Shown here: positions 34,910 to 39,526 of the stretch, one piece after another
Position numbering within the stretch: the stretch's first letter is position 1
How the letters are laid out: each line of letters opens with the position of its first letter
Origin: Bacteroidota bacterium
GTDB lineage: Bacteria; Bacteroidota; Bacteroidia; UKL13-3
Length of the DNA stretch: 39,526 nucleotides
Direction: 5' to 3'
Assembly (NCBI GenBank): GCA_030699355.1
Contig: JAUYMZ010000428.1
Coordinates: forward strand, 1-39,526
Made by a program: the position numbers and the translations under genes
The notes under the pieces: generated by a model
What the model saw: the letters and a program-made list of their open reading frames with translations, nothing else
The model's database searches: none
Told to the model about the DNA's origin: nothing

Positions 34910-37900
34910 ATGATTTATTTCTTCGAAAATCCTCGCAAACATATTTTCGCCGTTCAATCTAATGAGGCTTTTACAGCCGAAACTACTCAAAAATTAAACT
35001 GGCTTTTTGGAGAAGCTATTGCCCTCCAAACCGAGGTTTTAAGCGGAAACTTTATTGGTCCGCGGGCTGCTATGGTTACGCCATGGAGCACCAATGCAGT
35101 TGAAATTACGCAAAATATGGGCATCAGCGGCATCATTCGCATCGAAGAATTTGAACCTGCCAATGATTCCAATGCCGCGTTCGACCCAATGCTGTTTCAG
35201 AAATATGAGGATTTGGATCAGACCATATACACCATAAACATTGTGCCTGAACCGATTTTGAATATTAGCGATATTGCCGCTTTTAACAAACAGGAAGGCT
35301 TGGCTTTGAGCGAGGAAGAAGTAGAATATTTGAATAACTTAAGTACAAAAATTGGCAGATTACTCACAGATTCTGAAATATTTGCCTTCTCGCAAGCCAA
35401 CTCAGAACACTGCCGACACAAAATTTTTAACGGCACTTTTGTTATTGATGGCGAAACCAAAGCAACGTCACTTTTTAAACTCATCAAGAAAACTTCTGAA
35501 ACCCACCCCAACGAAATTGTTTCGGCTTATAAAGATAATGTAGCGTTTTTAAACGGACCAACTGTGGTGCAATTTGCCCCAAAAAGTGCCGATAAACCTG
35601 ATTATTACGAAGAAAAAAGCTTCGATTCTGTGCTCTCTTTAAAAGCAGAAACCCATAATTTTCCTACCACGGTGGAGCCTTTTAACGGCGCTGCCACCGG
35701 TTCGGGCGGAGAGATTAGAGACAGGTTAGCGGGCGGACAAGGTTCTTTGCCTTTGGCAGGAACGGCGGTTTACATGACAGCCTACTCGCGCTTAGAAGCT
35801 GGAAGAACTTGGGAAAACGCCTTGGCAGCGCGACCATGGTTGTACCAAACACCCATGGATATTTTAATTAAAGCCTCTAATGGAGCATCCGATTTTGGCA
35901 ATAAATTTGGTCAGCCACTCATTACAGGCTCTATTTTAACCTTTGAACACCAAGAACAAAACAGAAAAACAGCCTACGATAAAGTAATTATGCAAGCCGG
36001 CGGTATTGGCTATGGTAAGCTGAACCAAGCCATAAAAAAGCATCCTAAGGCGGGTGATAAAATTGTAATTTTAGGCGGAGATAATTACCGCATTGGTATG
36101 GGTGGAGCAGCAGTTTCATCTGCAGATACAGGCGCCTTTGGTTCAGGCATAGAATTAAATGCCATACAACGCTCGAACCCCGAAATGCAAAAACGCGCAG
36201 CCAATGCCATTAGGGGTTTGGTTGAAAGCGACGATAATCCCATTGTTTCCATTCACGACCATGGGGCAGGTGGACATTTAAATTGCTTGTCGGAATTGGT
36301 GGAAGCAACGGGAGGATTAATAGATTTAGACAAATTACCTGTGGGCGACCCTACCCTATCTGCCAAAGAAATTATTGGCAACGAATCGCAGGAACGAATG
36401 GGCTTGGTAATTGGGGAAGAAAACCTAGATAGATTGCAGCGCATTGCAGACCGAGAGCGCGCTCCAATGTATGCGGTAGGTGATGTTACCAACGACCATA
36501 GGTTTACTTTTGAATCTAAAACTACTGGCGTAAAACCAATGGATTATGCCTTAGAGGATTTCTTTGGGAGCTCGCCAAAAACCATTTTAACAGATAAAAC
36601 CATCAACCGAAATTACGACGCTTTAAGCTACGATTTAACCCAAATAACAAGCTATTTAAACCAAGTTTTACAGCTAGAAGCAGTGGCCTGTAAAGATTGG
36701 TTAACCAATAAAGTAGACCGTTGTGTGGGTGGTAAAGTAGCCAAACAACAATGTGCCGGCGAGTTACAATTACCCTTAAATAATGTGGGTGTAATGGCCT
36801 TAGATTATAAAGGCAAAGAAGGCATAGCAACCAGTATTGGTCATGCCCCAATTGCCGCCTTAATAGACGCCGCAGCAGGTTCACGTTTGGCCATTGGAGA
36901 GGCATTATCTAATATAGTTTGGGCACCTTTAAAAGACGGATTGAGCAGCGTATCTCTATCTGCCAACTGGATGTGGCCATGCAAAAACGAAGGCGAAGAT
37001 GCCAGGTTATATGAAGCCGTAGAAGCTTGTTCACAGTTTGCCATAGCCTTGGGAATAAACATTCCAACCGGAAAAGATTCGCTTTCAATGAAACAAAAAT
37101 ACCCCAATGATGAAGTACTATCTCCGGGTACAGTTATTATTTCGGCAGCAGGCAATTGCACAGATATTACAGCCGTTGTAGAACCTGTTTTTAAAGGCAA
37201 TGGAGGCTCGGTATATTACATCAATTTATCACAAGACAGCTTTAAACTGGGCGGTTCGTCATTTGCCCAAATTTTAAATAAGGTTGGCAACGAGGCTCCA
37301 AATATGTTGGATGCCAATTACTTTAAAAAGGCATTCGGTTTGATCCAAAACTTGGTGAAAGCAGGCAAAATAAAAGCAGGTCATGATATTGGCAGTGGAG
37401 GCTTAATTACCACCCTACTCGAAATGTGTTTTGCCAATGTAAATGTGGGTGCCCAAATAGATTTAAGTAGCTTGCAAGAAACAGATACCGTAAAGGCCAT
37501 GTTTAATGAAAACATAGGCTTGGTGTTTCAGGCAGAGCATGAGGTAGAAGTTGCCTTTGCCCAAGCTGGCCTAAGCCTTCATAAAATTGGAGAAGTAACA
37601 GTAGGTAATGAATTTACCTTAAAGAATCACAGCGATTTGTTTACTTGGAATGTTTCAGAATTAAGAGATACTTGGTATAAAACATCCTTTTTACTCGACC
37701 AAAAACAAAGCAAGAACGGTATGGCAGAAGCACGTTTTGCCAACTTCAAAAACCAGCCATTACAGTTTCAATTTCCTTCCCATGTATCGGGCAAATTGCC
37801 GCAAATAAATGCCAGCAAACCTAGACCAAAAGCTGCTGTTATTAGAGAGAAGGGAAGTAACTCAGAACGCGAATTGGCCAATGCCATGTACTTGGCTGGT

Positions 37901-38572
37901 TTTGATGTGAAAGACGTTCACATGACAGATTTAATATCGGGCAGAGAAACTTTAGAAGACATTCAATTTATTGGTGCAGTGGGTGGGTTTTCTAACTCAG
38001 ACGTATTGGGTTCAGCCAAAGGTTGGGCAGGCGCGTTTTTATATAATGAGCAAGCCAACAAAACGCTCAAAAACTTCTTTAAAAGAACGGATACTTTATC
38101 GGTGGGAATATGCAATGGTTGTCAGTTATTCATGGAATTAGAGCTCATAAATCCAGAACACGAAAAGCATGGAAAAATGCATCACAATGTATCTCAAAAA
38201 CATGAAAGTGGATTTACTTCGGTAAAAATTCAAAAGAACAATTCGGTGATGCTTGCTAGTTTAGAAGGAGCCACCTTAGGTGTTTGGATATCGCATGGCG
38301 AAGGTAGGTTTGCTTTGCCGTTACCAGAAGACCAATATCAAATAGTAGGTAAATATGCCTACGATGCCTACCCTGCTAATCCGAATGGTTCAGATTATAA
38401 CACGGCGATGATGTGTGATGCCACAGGCCGACATTTGGTGATGATGCCACATATTGAACGCTCTACCTTCCCATGGAATTGGGCACATTACCCAGATAAC
38501 CGCAAATCAGACGAAGTGTCGCCATGGATTGAGGCATTTGTAAATGCCAGAAAATGGATTGACGCGCGATAA
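34910..38572 (+). CDS. purL: Phosphoribosylformylglycinamidine synthase (large single-chain FGAM synthase)
   Basis: About 1220 aa with SEHCRHKIFN, AETHNFPT, GAATGSGGEIRD, the PurM-like repeats and a C-terminal glutaminase (GICNGCQ catalytic Cys, HIERS). I prefer the ATG at 34910 (MIYFFENP) to the GTG at 34889. Confidence 0.95.
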   Translation: MIYFFENPRKHIFAVQSNEAFTAETTQKLNWLFGEAIALQTEVLSGNFIGPRAAMVTPWSTNAVEITQNMGISGIIRIEEFEPANDSNAAFDPMLFQKYEDLDQTIYTINIVPEPILNISDIAAFNKQEGLALSEEEVEYLNNLSTKIGRLLTDSEIFAFSQANSEHCRHKIFNGTFVIDGETKATSLFKLIKKTSETHPNEIVSAYKDNVAFLNGPTVVQFAPKSADKPDYYEEKSFDSVLSLKAETHNFPTTVEPFNGAATGSGGEIRDRLAGGQGSLPLAGTAVYMTAYSRLEAGRTWENALAARPWLYQTPMDILIKASNGASDFGNKFGQPLITGSILTFEHQEQNRKTAYDKVIMQAGGIGYGKLNQAIKKHPKAGDKIVILGGDNYRIGMGGAAVSSADTGAFGSGIELNAIQRSNPEMQKRAANAIRGLVESDDNPIVSIHDHGAGGHLNCLSELVEATGGLIDLDKLPVGDPTLSAKEIIGNESQERMGLVIGEENLDRLQRIADRERAPMYAVGDVTNDHRFTFESKTTGVKPMDYALEDFFGSSPKTILTDKTINRNYDALSYDLTQITSYLNQVLQLEAVACKDWLTNKVDRCVGGKVAKQQCAGELQLPLNNVGVMALDYKGKEGIATSIGHAPIAALIDAAAGSRLAIGEALSNIVWAPLKDGLSSVSLSANWMWPCKNEGEDARLYEAVEACSQFAIALGINIPTGKDSLSMKQKYPNDEVLSPGTVIISAAGNCTDITAVVEPVFKGNGGSVYYINLSQDSFKLGGSSFAQILNKVGNEAPNMLDANYFKKAFGLIQNLVKAGKIKAGHDIGSGGLITTLLEMCFANVNVGAQIDLSSLQETDTVKAMFNENIGLVFQAEHEVEVAFAQAGLSLHKIGEVTVGNEFTLKNHSDLFTWNVSELRDTWYKTSFLLDQKQSKNGMAEARFANFKNQPLQFQFPSHVSGKLPQINASKPRPKAAVIREKGSNSERELANAMYLAGFDVKDVHMTDLISGRETLEDIQFIGAVGGFSNSDVLGSAKGWAGAFLYNEQANKTLKNFFKRTDTLSVGICNGCQLFMELELINPEHEKHGKMHHNVSQKHESGFTSVKIQKNNSVMLASLEGATLGVWISHGEGRFALPLPEDQYQIVGKYAYDAYPANPNGSDYNTAMMCDATGRHLVMMPHIERSTFPWNWAHYPDNRKSDEVSPWIEAFVNARKWIDAR

Positions 38573-38603
38573 TGGTAGAGACGCACGGCCGTGCGTCTGC
38601 CAT
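38573..38603. repeat. REP palindrome 1 (core AGACGCACGG/CCGTGCGTCT)
   Basis: A 20-nt perfect palindrome at 38579..38598 that starts 1 nt after the purL stop. Confidence 0.85.
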
Positions 38604-38611
38604 TATCGCGT

Positions 38612-38639
38612 GTAGAGACGCACCGCCGTGCGTCTCTAC
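38612..38639. repeat. REP palindrome 2 (GTAGAGACGCAC-CGCC-GTGCGTCTCTAC)
   Basis: 12-bp perfect stem with a 4-nt loop. Confidence 0.85.
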
Positions 38640-38693
38640 ATATTGCATTTATTCTGCGTTTTCGGTATATTAGTTTTATAATTTTTTAAACCT

Positions 38694-39290
38694 ATGAAAA
38701 AATTTAAAAACAAATACCGCACGCAGTCCCAAAGGAAACCAGGATGGAATTATTCATCTGAGGCATTCTATTTTTTAACATTAGTAACCCAAAATAGAGC
38801 ATGCAATTTGTCTAAAATCACTGATGGCAAAACAAATTTATTGGATTTCGGAAAAATTATTGAAAAAGAATGGTTCAAATCATTTGAAATCCGAAAAGAG
38901 TTGTTTTTGCATGCCTTTGTAATAATGCCAAATCATCTACATTGTATTGTAGAAATCAACAAATCAAACGATGAGAAAACGCAAGTCGTAGTAGATACAA
39001 ATTTATCAGAATACCCCATTGATAACATTTTTTCAATTAAACGAAATAAACCAATCAGGTTACCAAAATCTATATCTTCTTTTATAGCGGGGTTTAAATC
39101 GGCCACAAACAATAAAATTGACAATTTTATAGACGAACAAAATTTAGCCATCCCAAAATACAATCGAAAAAATCATTTTTTTCAACCCGATTATCATGAC
39201 CATATCATCAGAAATGATGGTGAATTTATTCGCATTTCAAATTATATTCAACAAAATCCCAAAAATTGGGAGAAAGATAAATTAAAATAA
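38694..39290 (+). mobile_element. REP-associated tyrosine transposase (RAYT; IS200/IS605-like Y1 HUH transposase)
   Basis: 198 aa with FVIMPNHLHCIV (HUH motif) and a C-terminal DYHDHIIRN....I.NYIQQNPKNW (catalytic Tyr helix). It is flanked on both sides by the same palindrome family. Confidence 0.8.
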
Positions 39291-39391
39291 AACATTTTAA
39301 ATGATGATAGTGTCATGATATTGTTGAAATTTGTTTAAATAAATTGAATAATACACAATGTAATGATGATAGTTATGATGTATGATAATGG

Positions 39392-39417
39392 TAGAGACGC
39401 ACGGCCGTGCGTCTCTA
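39392..39417. repeat. REP palindrome 3 (TAGAGACGCACGG/CCGTGCGTCTCTA)
   Basis: 26-nt perfect palindrome about 100 nt downstream of the RAYT stop. Confidence 0.85.
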
Positions 39418-39425
39418 TGTACGAT

Positions 39426-39526
39426 GATGGTAATGACGTATATCAATGGTAATGACGTATAATAATGGTGATGACGTATAATAATGGTGATGACGTATAA
39501 TAATGGTGATGACGTATAATAATGGT
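39426..39526. repeat. 19-bp tandem repeat array (AATGGTGATGACGTATAAT), 5 units plus a partial unit, truncated by the window end
   Basis: Units start at 39426, 39445, 39464, 39483 and 39502, with a partial unit at 39521. The last three full units are identical and the first two are slightly diverged. Confidence 0.85.

Noticed and set aside
34987-37200. ORFs overlapping purL (34987..35172, 35055..35237, 35218..35511, 35352..35543, 36253..36492, 36603..36905, 36841..37200)
   Set aside because: They are all inside or antisense to the 1220-aa purL frame, which has unmistakable family motifs.
38463-38648. 61-aa minus-strand ORF (MQYVETHGGASLHAIMADARPCVST...)
   Set aside because: It is a translation of the REP palindromes and the antisense 3' end of purL, not a gene.
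39426-39526. CRISPR array
   Set aside because: The units are directly adjacent 19-mers with no spacers, and there are no cas genes in the window. It is a simple tandem repeat.

Overview
This is a low-GC chromosome segment that looks like Bacteroidota. The evidence is a T9SS-type C-terminal sorting tail on a secreted protease, TAnnTTTG -7 boxes close to start codons, no Shine-Dalgarno sequences, and a LytTR regulator paired with a propeller/Y_Y_Y sensor kinase. All calls come from reading the ORF translations and the DNA by eye; no searches were run.

Layout:
(1) 1-8.5 kb, minus strand: the complex I operon, transcribed nuoA-B-C-D-E-F-[MntA-like NTase + HepT-like HEPN]-G-H-I-J-K. A toxin-antitoxin pair therefore sits inside the operon between nuoF and nuoG, and a short-repeat insert sits between nuoD and nuoE.
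(2) 8.6-15.1 kb: housekeeping genes. These are a small acidic protein, thioredoxin, mazG, DUF1015, serA, serC, a small secreted beta-rich protein whose signal peptide is out of frame at an A-run, a rhomboid protease and a YfcE-like phosphoesterase.
(3) 15.2-17.7 kb: an M43 zinc metalloprotease with a PKD domain and T9SS tail, its terminator, and tRNA-Ser(UGA).
(4) 17.7-21.2 kb: a decayed accessory patch next to the tRNA. It holds 58-bp direct repeats that carry the tRNA 3' end motif, an AbiEi/DUF6088-like antitoxin with paired operators, a truncated cognate toxin, orphan small ORFs, and clusters of TGCCACGAATGCACGAAT-type REP-like repeats.
(5) 21.3-34.8 kb: a stand-alone OM beta-barrel gene, then the most interesting unit. 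This is a tightly packed plus-strand operon encoding a 565-aa predicted OM beta-barrel, a 1624-aa secreted protein with no motif I can name, a 688-aa protein with six FN3-like modules, a LytTR response regulator and a propeller/Y_Y_Y LytS-type histidine kinase. It is a candidate uncharacterised envelope or cell-surface system.
(6) 34.9-39.5 kb: purL, then a RAYT-type (IS200-like Y1) transposase flanked by GTAGAGACGCAC...GTGCGTCTCTAC palindromes, and a 19-bp tandem array that runs off the window.
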